From Octopus sinensis (taxonomy: Eukaryota): 64,000 nt of DNA. Positions 41,050 through 54,141 of this stretch are shown piece after piece. Numbering within the stretch: position 1 is the stretch's first letter; every line of letters starts with the position of its first letter. Location: NCBI RefSeq assembly GCF_006345805.1, contig NC_042997.1, forward strand, positions 12,958,001-13,022,000. The letters are read 5' to 3'. The translations under genes were made by a program, and so were the position numbers. The notes below the pieces were generated by a model, which was given only the letters and a program-made list of their open reading frames with translations, was not told where the DNA came from and made no database searches.

Positions 41050-41900
41050 TTTCAACCGTTTCACATGGGGGAAAAATCATTCAAAAAGGTCGATACCATA
41101 AGGATACTGCAATGCATGCAACGGATTCAGAATGTTATCGATGATTGTCGGGGAAAAAATAGTGCCGTCACAAAAGCACATCAGATGTCAAAGTCGGCTA
41201 TCAGAACAATAGCGTATGAAAGCCTACAGTTCGTATGTAGTGAGAAGGACTGATTTATGTCTGCTAAAACCACAACGATCTGTTACTTAAGAAGGCTAAA
41301 AGTTCTCATAAGCATTGCATGCTTTGGTTTTTTTTATTAATGAGAAGAATATCAGTTAAAACCAAAAGTGAAACAGGAGAAATGACAAATGATTCTGTGC
41401 AGATAGCTTCTGATGCACCCAGAGTGATACAAACTAATATTCCAGAAACTGTGATGGCTTTAAGAGCGGGGATAATGAAAGTCATGTCATGCTACTTTAC
41501 ATATTTTCACGAGGGCTTAACATTAATTCTGTCGGGTACATGAGATGCAGGGGGTACTTAATAAAGCCGGATAGGATGACGTCCGTAGTGGAAGGTTATA
41601 CGTGTTTCAAGAAGATCCAACACCTCCTCGCAAAACCCAAGAATCCTGATGTCGGACTATCTTTATGGTCGGGTAACACCAAACGTGCAGCCAGCAAATT
41701 CGCCAAATTTAAACCCCATAGACAACTGCGATTGGAGTGTTGCTGAAAGGGAAACTCATCAATATCCTCACAATGCAATACTATTCTTGAGTCATTATTC
41801 TTCAAATGACGCCCGACATAAATATGGAGCATATAGTGCCAGCTTGTCAAGGATTCTGGTCACGTATTGAAGCAAACATAAATGTGCATCAACTTTAAAA
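41050..41900 (+). pseudogene. Decayed Tc1/mariner-superfamily transposase, maT/DD37D-like by motif resemblance
   Basis: Fragments NQKxNRRNDK..APRVIQTNIPETVMAL, YVFQED, RVTPNVQPANSPNLNPIDNCDWSVAERETHQYPHN. Confidence 0.6.
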
Positions 41901-42079
41901 CATATTTGGGTTATTCTTGATGCGAGTCAATCAAATAAATTACTAAACATATCCACTAACAACACAAGTACAGTGTGTATATGCGTATATGTGTGTATAA
42001 GGATATAGATGTACATACATATATATACATATATATATACATACACATATATAAATGTGTATATATGTATATATATATA

Positions 42080-42472
42080 CTAGCAGTATCGCCCGGCGTT
42101 GCTCGGGTTTGTAAAGGAAATAACTATATAAGCATTTTTAGAGAGTTATAGCCAAAAAATAGCAAAAATGCATTATAAATGGAAAAAAAAATTATGGTAA
42201 TTTTTTTTTAAATCGTTGACTCATCGTAGACATTTTTAGAGAGTTACTTCCCTTATATAATAGCGAAAAGATTGCATTAAAATGGAAAGAAATGATGGTA
42301 AATTATTTTTAAAATCGTAGACTCATCGTAGACGCGCGCTAATACCCAGAAGGGCTCGATATGAATCACGACTATAAGATACCCGCTTTTGGTTACACTG
42401 CACCGCAAAATGTTGGAGTAGTTAGGAATCTAAATCGTAGGAGACAGACACACAACTTGACTTTATATATAA

Positions 42473-42475
<3 letters not shown>
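42080..42475 (-). mobile_element. Non-autonomous Helitron
   Basis: Minus strand A|TC..CTAG|T termini, subterminal hairpin CCCG-AGCAACGC-CGGG ending 8 nt before CTAG, internal ~100-bp direct repeat (CATTTTTAGAGAGTTA twice), inserted in (AT)n. Confidence 0.8.
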
Positions 42476-42560
<85 letters not shown>

Positions 42561-43280
42561 TATAAATAAGGATAAGACCGTTATTTAAAATAACTATCAT
42601 ATTAAGTGACCAGAATTGGAAGAAACACCTTATAGGTAATAATTATTAATAAATTATAATTGAGGGTATCTAAGAGATACCACCACACCAGAGATGGAAG
42701 TCAAAGCTTGACTCCGAAACAACATCAAGTATTCGTACAGCACAAGGTGAAAAAACAAATAGACAAATAAACTAGCAAATTACTGGATAATCCCAGACCC
42801 GGGATTCTGGCTTATATAAACATTATACTTTGCCTCCTTAGTGAGATATACCAAAATATAGTATATAAATACAAATATATATGCTTTCGTTACGAAAGCA
42901 TATAGAAAGTTTGTTTACATATTAAAAAACAAACAGTATTATACTCCTTAATTTTGTCAGTGAAAGAGAAGTTGATTCACTAGTCTAAATGTAACACACT
43001 TCGTCGCGTTAACAAAGGGATGTGCGTTCGACTCTCACACGAATATGAAAGCGATCCTCTTTTTTTCTGTCGAGGGATCATATGCAACTTTGTTAGATTA
43101 TTTTCCTTAGGCATTTAAACTTATATAAATGTATGTATATATACAACATACGAATACTTACATATACGGACGATATATATCCTATATAAGTAAGTGTTAC
43201 TAAATTTGATAATATTATTATCGAGATAATTCTATGAAGAGATTATTTAATCGTACAAAATTTTAAATACCAAGCATACG

Positions 43281-44438
43281 TATATATATATATGTGTGTG
43301 TGTATGTATGATCGTAAATTAATAAATTAGATCTGGGATATAGCAAAATAATTCAATACGATTGCAATTTAATACACATATATGATTATTTGATGTCTTT
43401 ACTTACCGTTTCATCCTTCCTTTTAACTTCTTTTATTAGTTAACATATTACATACATTTTCAAATAGGAGATAGAGCGAGTATAACATTCACATACATAT
43501 AAACGTATATATAATGAGGAGGAGAGGGGTAGAGATAAATTGATAGATAGACAGATAGAAGATAGACAGATAAATACATACGTATATGTATATATCTTTA
43601 TATGCATATATCTGCATACAAACGTATTTACACATATGTGCTTTCATGCGCTTAATTATATATATATCTGTGTACCCCTCTGAGTATACGTGGTTATACA
43701 AAAGAAAAATGCTTCCACTATGTCTAAGTTGTTTATAAAGGAAACAACATAAATCTATCAAAATTTGTCTTTAGATACAATAATAAAGCACATTTAAGAG
43801 AGAAAAAATTCCATATTTTTAGGATAAAAGCTAATATATAAGTGTATATATATATATATATATGTGTGTGTGTATGTATGATCGTAAATTAATAAATTAG
43901 ATCTGGGATATAGCAAAATAATTCAATACGATTGCAATTTAATACACATATATGATTATTTGATGTCTTTACTTACCGTTTCATCCTTCCTTTTAACTTC
44001 TTTTATTAGTTAACATATTACATACATTTTCAAATAGGAGATAGAGCGAGTATAACATTCACATACATATAAACGTATATATAATGAGGAGGAGAGGGGT
44101 AGAGATAAATTGATAGATAGACAGATAGAAGATAGACAGATAAATACATACGTATATGTATATATCTTTATATGCATATATCTGCATACAAACGTATTTA
44201 CACATATGTGCTTTCATGCGCTTAATTATATATATATCTGTGTACCCCTCTGAGTATACGTGGTTATACAAAAGAAAAATGCTTCCACTATGTCTAAGTT
44301 GTTTATAAAGGAAACAACATAAATCTATCAAAATTTGTCTTTAGATACAATAATAAAGCACATTTAAGAGAGAAAAAATTCCATATTTTTAGGATAAAAG
44401 CTAATATATAAGTGTATATATATATATATATATGTGTG
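43281..44438. repeat. Tandem duplication, period 570 bp, bounded by (AT)n(GT)n
   Basis: Identical ORFs at 43489 and 44059; no differences seen. Confidence 0.92.
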
Positions 44439-44746
44439 AGTGTACTTGTCTGTGTATGTGTGTTTGTTTACGTAGATATATATATATATATTTGTAAAAT
44501 ATATGTAAAATTGTTTGTGTGTATTATATATAAAATATAATTTTATAAATATATATATATGTATATATATTCGTCGGTTTTGAATATTTCTAATTTAAGA
44601 TATCAAAAAGCTTGCTGCGAATCTATTTCAAAGACTTCCTCTAAACGAATGCATTCCCCGTGAAAATTTCAAATAGACAAAGGAAAACGTAAAGTATAAT
44701 AATGTTTGAAAAGTGTTACTTAAAAGACCCAGTTTTAATACATGCC

Positions 44747-44802
<56 letters not shown>

Positions 44803-45627
44803 ATGTATGTATGTATGTATAAACACGATTGCATATAAGAAACATGCAATTAAACAAGTGCATGCATATATCAACACAAGTACGTATGAAGTCACATATG
44901 TATATAAACCATTGTAATTTCCGTGATGTATTTTGATTGAATATTCTTTAACACTTCCTTTCAGACTCCTGTACATACATTCCAAATAATGACAATCTCA
45001 CGCATACGTATGTCTCCGTATATACGATTGGATTAGTGTGACTATTTATCTGTGTGTGCATGTAGGTTTCTACATGTATATGTATATGTATGTATGTATG
45101 TATGTATGTTTGTATGTTCTATAGGTTTGTTTAGGCTGTTGAATTAGCAATTTCAAATCCGAAATTCGTATGTTCGATTCCCAGAACGGAATGTGATGTG
45201 GCCGTTGTAAAACCACTTCAATACATTTCCCTTCCACTTCATTCTACTTCATTCCAGTTCAGTCAGATAAAAAGGAATAACTGGCAGCATCCCGTAAGTA
45301 AAATGTTCGATGGTGTAAGCGTCCATTCGGAGCCCTTGCGTGCATTGCACTGTTTCGGTCGCTTATATGACATCGTAAAATATTATGCCACCGTAAATAG
45401 TTTATCACCGATTATTTAAGAAATTCCATTTGCATTCACAAGTACTTGCGTTAGATTCATCTGTGTAGCATCTTCTCTTTTCTGTAGCATCAAAAATCTT
45501 GGATTTCTTTTTTTTTGTAGCCTCAACTCCATACATGTGTAAGAACGGTATAGAAGTCCATCTTACAACCTGCCTACAAGTCAAGATCATATCATTTGTA
45601 AAATACTGTTACATATATATATATATG

Positions 45628-46412
45628 CAGGGTGTCCATAAAGTATCTTTACAATTTTAAAATTTTATTACTAAGGCAGTTGAGAAGATATCATAACTAG
45701 ATTTTTTTTATTGTAATAATTGTTTATTAAGGTTTTTTTAACTGCTATTTAATAGACCTCAATATGGGAACCATTAGTTGCGCGAAGCACATCAAGACGG
45801 TCCTCGATTTCTTGCCATGTTCTCTGTAGGATAGCCTCCTCAACGATGGCAATGGTATTACGAATCATTTGCTTCAAGTCAACAATGTCCCGTATCTTTG
45901 TTTGATACATGATATCTTTTACATAGCCCCATAAAAAGAAGTCCCGTATCTTTGTTTGATACATGATATCTTTTACATAGCCCCATAAAAAGAAGTCCAA
46001 GTGAGTGATATCTGGCGAACGCGGTGGCCATGGAATTGGCCCATCCCTTCCAATCCATCGGTCTGGAAATGTTTGCTTGAGGAACTGACGAACATGTCGC
46101 CCTCAATGTGGTGGTGCACCATCTTACTGGAAGATGATGGCTGGTTGTAAATCAATCAGACATATTCGGTCAGAAGATCGAATTAAACATCTGCAGTAAT
46201 TGTTGCCTCGTTGAAGAAAAATGGAGCAATTATTCGATTGCACATGATTCCACACCATACATTCACTCTTGGAGTATCCCGTTGAAGCTCCCTAGTCACA
46301 TGGGGGTGTTCTGATCCCCAGATTCTCACATTGTGTCTGTTTAATTTCCCTGAAACATGAAAAGTCGCCTTGTCACTAAAACAAACTCGCTTGAGGAATG
46401 CTTCATCCTCAT
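45628..46412 (-). mobile_element. 5'-truncated Tc1/mariner-superfamily transposon with DD41D spacing (rosa-like) and surviving 3' terminus
   Basis: FSDKATFHVSG..NVRIWGSE..NVWCG..IAPFFF; FQ*DGAPPH followed 41 residues later by the D of SPDITHLDFFLWG; terminus CAGGGTGTCCATAAAG next to a TA run at 45628. Confidence 0.82.
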
Positions 46413-46439
46413 TTCATAGGGGTTCAGTGAATCAGTTCC

Positions 46440-48000
46440 CTTCCATCAACAGAACTCGAGGTATAGGTCTTAACAAAAAAATGTTAATGAAGACAGGTTA
46501 TTTCCCTTGAATCAGAGGGAAAAACACTTATAGACTTGAAGAGCCAAATGAGAGACTGTCTTATACTAGCACAGCCTTCTGTCACCCACTGTAGTTTCCG
46601 AGAACCTAGTGAAATGTGTAAGCAAGAGGATCTCGAATCTATCCATGACCCAAGATATTTTCGACGCCACTGCCCCCTACTGCAATGAGACACTGGCATC
46701 GAGTGGGTTTAAGGACCGCATCGAGTGGGTTTAAGGACCGCATCTCCTTCATGCTTGGCACTAGCACCCAGAAAAGGAAGCGCCGCAGAAATTGTCATTT
46801 GGTTTGCTCCACCCTTGCTCACTTAATGTCAAGTCTTATGTGGAATAGATTTTCCTTAGATTGATAAACAAAGATTTTATACACATAGAGATACAGACAT
46901 TTATTTAACAGACACAACCTAAGAATCTCCTTTAGTTGTGCACCTAACATAAAAACTTTTTAGCAAGTACCCATAATACAAGGGCGGAGGCAGGCTGCTT
47001 TTGCAGGGTATATAATAACTGTCTAGTAGGAGGTTGCTCTGATGCTGAAGGGGGTCATCTATGAGTGTATAATGATACCCAGACCTGATATCCGCAATAG
47101 CAGTAGTGTACCATCAAACAGCCATATTATTTGCAGATTAACCAGCTCTCACATTAATACAATTACACGCCCAGAGATGATAATCAGTCGTGGACCAGCA
47201 TCACAGATAGGCCACCCAAGACCCCGGTACCGCTGCCACAGATAATGAACAAACCATAGATACAGATAGAGTGATCAGGCCCAAAAGTACACACGCAGCA
47301 CCTAGAAATGATGACCTATCTGGGATCAGCAACTTGGAGAAGGTATCCACCGTTCCTAGTTCCGCAACCTTAGAAGATGACCAAATATTTATCTTCGACA
47401 GCAATGGCATTACCAGCCCCGCGCCATATGTAACCAAGAGTGCGAATAGGGCCACATCCCATGTGTTTAAATATATTGGTTCTGCGAGTACTTCGTTGAA
47501 GCAACGTTTTATTAACCACCAACCATCCTTCGGAGTCCCAGATAGACGTTTTGTCACGTCACTGACTTCAAAGATCAAGGGAACCCGTGTGACATCAGAT
47601 GGTAATTAATTGATCATCCGGGCCCGTATATTAGAGGAAGTGGCCATTGCATGGTCTGCATCGCGGTGAGAGCCAAAATTCTTAAGGACTATAAGAAATC
47701 TGGCGCATTAAACAGTCGTAAAAATGTGTTTTCTAAATGTATCCTCTTTAAACGTTTCTTACTGGAAAATTGGATCTCCCCGTTTGCTGGTTAGGCCTCT
47801 CCGGGTCTTCATTAACATTTTGTTTTAAGATGTATCCTCGATTTCTGAGCGTTTCCTCACTTCTGCGACGTAGATATTTTAAATGTTGTATTTGTATAGT
47901 CTGACGGGCTGTCCACAAGGTTTTGGTTTGTGGATGCGAAATATTGGGTAACTCTTTGTCCAAGATATTAAATTTTTATTGTAATAATTACTGCTCTATT
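46440..48000 (+). mobile_element. Decayed 5'-truncated Naiad-like PLE: RT thumb, linker, split GIY-YIG, HHR-like 3' UTR
   Basis: Across frameshifts: PNERLSY..HP..KRISNLS..DATAPY.NETLASSGFKDRI, KRRRNVIWFAPP, FLRLINKDF, LFNRHNLRISFSC, GCFCRVYNNCLVGGC..KGVIYEC, KYIGSASTSLKQRFINHQ, CMVC, LNSRKNVFSKC; colinear with the 16131-17348 element. Confidence 0.82.
47897..47975 (+). ncRNA. Degenerate hammerhead motif in the PLE 3' UTR
   Basis: CTGACGG (core with one change), stem II TCCACAA/TTGTGGA, C-GAAA, stem III ATATTGGG/TCCAA(GA)TAT; stem I poor. Confidence 0.55.
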
Positions 48001-48795
48001 CTTTAGAGCGTGCTTCTTTCTGATATATGTTTTTTTTTAATAACTATGGGTGTGTGTATAACGAGAGAGACAGACAGACAGAACAGCGAGAGGTTGGGGA
48101 GTGATTTAATCTTACAATGAAATAGCAGTGGCTTTTAGGCTATATATCTTTCTCCGCTTGGAATACGAATCGCAGTCCTAATTTCGTCATATCTATTTTC
48201 GTCAGGCTTCACCTATCTCTCGAATAACCATCTGAGGGCAAATGGTAGAGAGTCGCGTATTCAAATGTGAAGAATTTGAGAATGCACCGTATATGTTATA
48301 CAATGAAACAAAGTTAACCACTCGACATTAATTACTAGAGGATTTCAACAACTATTTAATAAATTATGACATTAATTACTAGATTAGTAGATTAATGTCT
48401 CAGGAGTAGTTTGTAATTAGTATAAATGATTAAATACTCTCACCATAATGTGATATAATTAGAAGGACTCGATGTAATATGTAATCTCTGGTATACGCCA
48501 TGAAAGGACGGTTACTGTTTGACGTTTGATCACAAGGTCTACTGAATTAGAATTAATTGAGAGTTAATGCAATCTACAACAGTGATTTATCTTACGTAAG
48601 ACAACGATGTGACATCTTACTGCTCGTTCGCTCGATCAGGCAGAGACAGTAACCAAACTTTTCTGCTTGTGTAAAATGACACCACACCAAACAAAACAGG
48701 ACGATGTATTCCAAAAGTGTTGTCGCTGATATACAAATTGATAGGATGATCATGACTGGAACACCCATCAACAAATAGATGCTCGGTGAATTTCG

Positions 48796-50495
48796 ACAAT
48801 GGGCTAAACAGTACAATCAAGTGTTAATATTATATTTCTTTACTACCCACAAGGGGCTAAACAGTACAAACAAGTGTTAATATTATATTTCTTTACTACC
48901 CACAATGGGCTAAACAGTACAAACAAGTGTTAATATTATATTTCTTTACTACCCACAATGGGCTAAACAGTACAAACAAGAGTTAATATTATATTTCTTT
49001 ACTACCCACAATGGGCTAAACAGTACAAACAAGTGTTAATATTATATTTCTTTACTACCCACAATGGCTAAACAGTACAAACAAGTGTTAATATTATATT
49101 TCTTTACTACCCACAAGGGGCTAAACAGTACAACAAGTGTTAATATATATTTCTTTACTACCCACAGGGGCTAAACAGTACAAACAAGTGTTAATATTAT
49201 GTTTCTTTACTACCCACAATGGGCTAAACAGTACAAACAAGTGTTAATATTATATTTCTTTACTACCCACAATGGGCTAAACAGTACAAACAAGTGTTAA
49301 TATTATATTTCTTTACTACCCACAATGGGCTAAACAGTACAAACAAGTGTTAATATTATATTTCTTTACTACCCACAATGGGCTAAACAGTACAAACAAG
49401 TGTTAATATTATATTTCTTTACTACCCACAAGGGGCTAAACAGTACAAACAAGTGTTAATATTATATTTCTTTACTACCCACAAGGGGCTAAACAGTACA
49501 AACAAGTGTAATATTATATTTCTTTACTACCCACAAGGGGCTAAACAGTACAAACAAGTGTTAATATTATATTTCTTTACTACCCACAAGGGGCTAAACA
49601 GTACAAACAAGTGTTAATATTATATTTCTTTACTACCCACAAGGGGCTAAACAGTACAAACAAGTGTTAATATTATATTTCTTTACTACCCACAAGGGGC
49701 TAAACAGTACAAACAAGTGTTAATATTATATTTCTTTACTACCCACAAGGGGCTAAACAGTACAAACAAGTGTTAATATTATATTTCTTTACTACCCACA
49801 ATGGGCTAAACAGTACAAACAAGTGTTAATATTATATTTCTTTACTACCCACAATGAGCTAAACAGTACAAACAAGTGTTAATATTATATTTCTTTACTA
49901 CCCACAAGGGGCTAAACAGTACAAACAAGTGTTAATATTATATTTCTTTACTACCCACAATGGGCTAAACAGTACAAACAAGTGTTAATATTATATTTCT
50001 TTACTACCCACAAGGGGCTAAACAGTACAAACAAGTGTTAATATTATATTTCTTTACTACCCACAATGGGCTAAACAGTACAAACAGTGTTAATATTATA
50101 TTTCTTTACTACCCACAAGGGGCTAAACAGTACAAACAAGTGTTAATATTATATTTCTTTACTACCCACAATGGGCTAAACAGTACACAAGTGTTAATAT
50201 TATATTTCTTTACTACCCACAAGGGGCTAAACAGTACAACAAGTGTTAATATTATATTTCTTTACTACCCACAGGGGCTAAACAGTACAAACAAGTGTTA
50301 ATATTATATTTCTTTACTACCCACAAGGAGCTAAACAGTACAAACAAGTGTTAATATTATATTTCTTTACTACCCACAATGGGCTAAACAGTACAAACAA
50401 GTGTTAATATTATATTTCTTTACTACCCACAATGGGCTAAACAGTACAAACAAGTGTTAATATTATATTTCTTTACTACCCACAAGGGGCTAAAC
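48796..50495. repeat. 53-bp minisatellite, about 32 units
   Basis: Unit AAGTGTTAATATTATATTTCTTTACTACCCACAA(G/T)GGGCTAAACAGTACAAAC; period 53 (48818 to 48871). Confidence 0.96.
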
Positions 50496-50686
50496 ACAGA
50501 GAGGACAAACAAAGACAGACAAACGGATTAAGTCGATCATATCGTCCCCAGTGCGTAACTGGTACTTATTTAATCGACCCCGAAAGGATGAAAGGCAAAG
50601 TCGACCTCGGCGGAATTTGAACTCAGAACGTAGCGGCAGACGAAATACTGCTAAGTATTTCGCTTGGCGTGCTAACGTTTCTGCCA
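50466..50686 (-). mobile_element. SINE family C whose 3' end is continuous with the last minisatellite unit
   Basis: TATTTCTTTACTACCCACAAGGGGCTAAACA continues into the family C body and head. Confidence 0.9.
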
Positions 50687-50715
50687 ACTAACGATGGCAA
50701 TGAAGGCGACGATTT

Positions 50716-51105
50716 GGCAGAATTTTTAGCAAACCGGTTCAAATGCATGGCGGCATTTCGTACTTCTTTATGTTCTGAGTTCAAATGCCGCCGAGGTTGA
50801 CTTTGCCTTTCATCTTTTCGGGGTCAATAAGAAAGTGTCAGATGAGCACTGGGGTCGATGTAATCGACTTACCTACTCACTCGAATTTGCCATCAAATAT
50901 TAATGTTGGCAATTAATGCGGCAGGCTGATAGAACCCCGGCGGACACAATGCTTAGCGGCATTTCCTCTGTATCTACGTTCCGAGTTCCAGTTCCGCAGG
51001 GATCGGCTTCGCCTCATATATTTTGCAGTCGATAAAATAAGTACCAGTTGAGCACTGAGTTGGATGTAATCGACTGAACCCTTTCTCGAAATTGTTAGCC
51101 TGAAA
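50716..51105 (+). mobile_element. Two old family-C-like SINEs (50716-50895 and 50915-51105)
   Basis: GAGTTCAAAT B-box, GACTTTGCCTTTCATC, GAGCACTGGGGTCGATGTAATCGACT. Confidence 0.7.
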
Positions 51106-51765
51106 AATTGAAAACAATGTTGATAATGGTGTTATACAAGATTTATTTATTGACCATATGTTATTGTTGCAGCTGTAGTTTTGAACCAAGCGTCGTTAAC
51201 TGAGGGAATTTATGATCAAAGTAGTTGCAGCTGTGAAAACCTTTGATTTTGTACATCTTGAAAACTACACTGCTCAATATAATCGTCTGTTTTAAGTGGT
51301 GGGTATTTCTAGAGAAGAAATTGACTTTGAAGATCAGTCATAGGAAAACTACAGCCGGTGTGTCGTACTATACAAAGAAAAAACTTCCTTGAATTTTATA
51401 GTAGTGTGATCCGCCTGATGTGAAACGTGTATCATGGGATTTAATTCTCGGAAAAGATTGTACCTGTCATTTACTCCGTCTGATATTTAAAGGCAAAAAA
51501 GGAATAATTCATAAAAGGAATAATTTAGTTAAATCATAGCCTGTGTAATTATTGTTTATTTTATTCTCTTCTAATCGGTAAAGAGTTCAGACTAGACCAT
51601 ATCTTTCTGGGATTTAGTTGCCTACTTAGGCTACAGTCCTGCAAACGCCTATTTGTAGATCATTACTGATACAAAACAAAGGCAATATCAACCTATACCT
51701 ATTAATCCCCATTATTTTCTTCTTCCGAATATACCACCAGTCTTTATCTTTTATATATATATATA

Positions 51766-52080
51766 TATCACTTTATCACGTGACCGACCAGACCATCAGA
51801 TGTTGCTACACATCGCTGGTCACAAGGCGTTCGCATTGTTTTAGCCTGCGAATGACGCCACCCCGCTGGCTAAACGAGCAGGCCAACAGAAGAAAGAGTG
51901 ATAGAAAGAGTGGTGAAAGAGTACAGCAGGGATCACCACCCCTGCCGGAGCCTCATGGTGCTTTAAGGTGTTTTCGCTCAATAAACACACACACACACAC
52001 ACAACGCCTGGTCTGGGAATCGAAACCATGATCATATGACCGCGAGTCCACTGCCCTAACCACTGAGCCATTGCGCCACC
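51766..52080 (-). mobile_element. SINE with family A head and a third tail (type 3)
   Basis: Minus-strand head TGGCTCAGTGG..TTTCGATTCCCAGACC and body as in family A, then GTTGGCCTGCTCGTTTAGCC..GGTCTGGTCGGTCACGTGATA. Confidence 0.85.
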
Positions 52081-52222
52081 CCATATATATTTTATATATA
52101 TATATATATGTATGTGTATAAATGTATGTGTGTATAAATGTATATATAATATAAATAATATATATATATATGCATGTGTATAAATGTATGTGTGTATAAA
52201 TGTATATATATATATAATATAT

Positions 52223-52291
<69 letters not shown>

Positions 52292-52365
52292 AATGTGACT
52301 GCGTGTGTATCGTGGGCGATTTTTTTTCCTCTGTCTTCCCTTCTCTAGATCTTTCCTTGTCCTAT

Positions 52366-52400
52366 GTTTCCGACGAAGATCTCTGCTCGAAACGTTAAAC
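52366..52400 (+). ncRNA. Degenerate minimal hammerhead in a PLE-like tail (about 52300-52500, between (TA)n tracts)
   Basis: GTTT-CCGACGA-A-GATC-TCT-GCTC-GAAA-CG-TT-AAAC: stem I GTTT/AAAC, core U4 changed to C, one stem II mismatch. Confidence 0.62.
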
Positions 52401-52497
52401 CCTCCTTCTTCACTTCCTTCCTGAGCGTCCAATAATACTATATTTGTTCCACGTCCTCGCGTTGTTGTGTTTTCTCTTTGTGTTTTCATGTTTGGAT

Positions 52498-52577
<80 letters not shown>

Positions 52578-52992
52578 TGTGTATTTGTATATATTCATGT
52601 ATGTGTGTGTCTGTGTTTGCAGCCACCTTCACCACCACCATCACTTGCCAACTGATGTTGGTGTGTTTACATCCCTGTAACTTAGCAGTTCGGCAAAGGA
52701 GACCTATATATTCAGTGAGAGAGAGAGATTTAAAGTAATATAAACTACAATTATTATTAAGGGCACAGAGTTTACTATTCCTGCATTCTGAAAATGGACT
52801 CTAAATCGTCGAATAACTTTTATAAATCATGACTTTTATAAAACACACACGTCGAAAGCGAGGGAGTAGGCTGACAGAAATTCATAAAATTATTCAGATA
52901 CCCTTGGATTGATCAACTTGTGGATTAGTCTAATGACACTTCCTTCGTTAGCAAAGCATACTGAGGGAAATAAGTGTGACATTTATACATAC

Positions 52993-53406
52993 AGGAGTGG
53001 CTGTGTGGTAAGTAGCTTGCTTACCAACCACATGGTTCCGGGTTCAGTCCCACTGCGTGGCATCTTGGGCAAGTGTCTTTTGCTATAGCCCCGGGCCGAC
53101 CTATGCCTTGTGAGTGGATTTGGTAGACGAAAACTGAAAGAAGCCTGTCGTATATATGTATATATATATATATGTATGTGTGTGTATATGTTTGTGTGTC
53201 TGTGTTTGTTCCCCTAGCATTGCTTGACAACCGATGCTGGTGTGTTTATGTCCCCGTAACTTAGCGGTTCGGCAAAAGAGACCGATAGAATAAGTACTGG
53301 GCTTACAAAAAGAAGAAGTCCCGGGGTCGATTTGCTCGAATAAAGGTGGTGCTCCAGCATGGCCGCAGTCAAATGACTGAAACAAGTAAAAGAGAAAAGA
53401 GAGAGT
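52993..53406 (+). mobile_element. SINE family B, full length (3' half fragment also at about 52590-52705)
   Basis: Colinear with the 30506 copy. Confidence 0.9.
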
Positions 53407-53752
53407 ATACCCACAGAAAAAGCAAACACTAAGCAGCGATTACATACAAATACCACAGATATATCAGCATAGAATTTCGTAGTCTACATCAACACGTATA
53501 TATTTGGTCACAATAGTACGGAAGTGATTAAAGTATCTCGAAGTGAATGGGGAATATTCTAATATAATTAAAAAAGGATAAAATCGTTGAAAGTTTTATC
53601 AGTGGCCAGCATATAAAAGACTTATTCAAAGAATACAACGTGAATAGGAGAACTGAAGGTGTAAGTAGTAGCTCTCTAGATCAAAGAAGTTTCACTGCAG
53701 CCTCATATTAAAATATTTGCTATGCATATACATCTCAGTAAGCTATTTATCT

Positions 53753-54141
53753 GTGGAGGCGCAATGGCCCAGTGGTTAGGGCAGCGGACTCGCGGTCATA
53801 GGATCGCGGTTTCGATTCCCAGACCGGGCGTTGTGAGTGTTTATTGAGCGAAAACACCTAAAAGCTCCACGAGGCTCCGGCAGGGGATGGTGGTGATCCC
53901 TGCTGTACTCATTCACCACAACTTTCTCTCACTCTTACTTCCTGTTTCTGTTGTACCTGTATTTCAAAGGGTCAGCCTTGTCACTCTCCGTGTCACGCTG
54001 AATATCCCCGAGAACTACGTTAAGGGTACACGTGTCTGTGGAGTGCTCAGCCACTTACACGTTAATTTCACGAGCAGGCTGTTCCGTTGATCGGATCAAC
54101 TGGAACCCTCGTCGTCGTAACCGACGGAGTGCTCCTACAAT
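53753..54141 (+). mobile_element. SINE family A, tail type 1
   Basis: TSD CTATTTATCT at 53743-53752 and 54142-54151. Confidence 0.92.

Noticed and set aside
48796-50495. CRISPR-like array
   Set aside because: Units are contiguous near-identical 53-mers with no unique spacers, there are no cas genes, and the context is eukaryotic.
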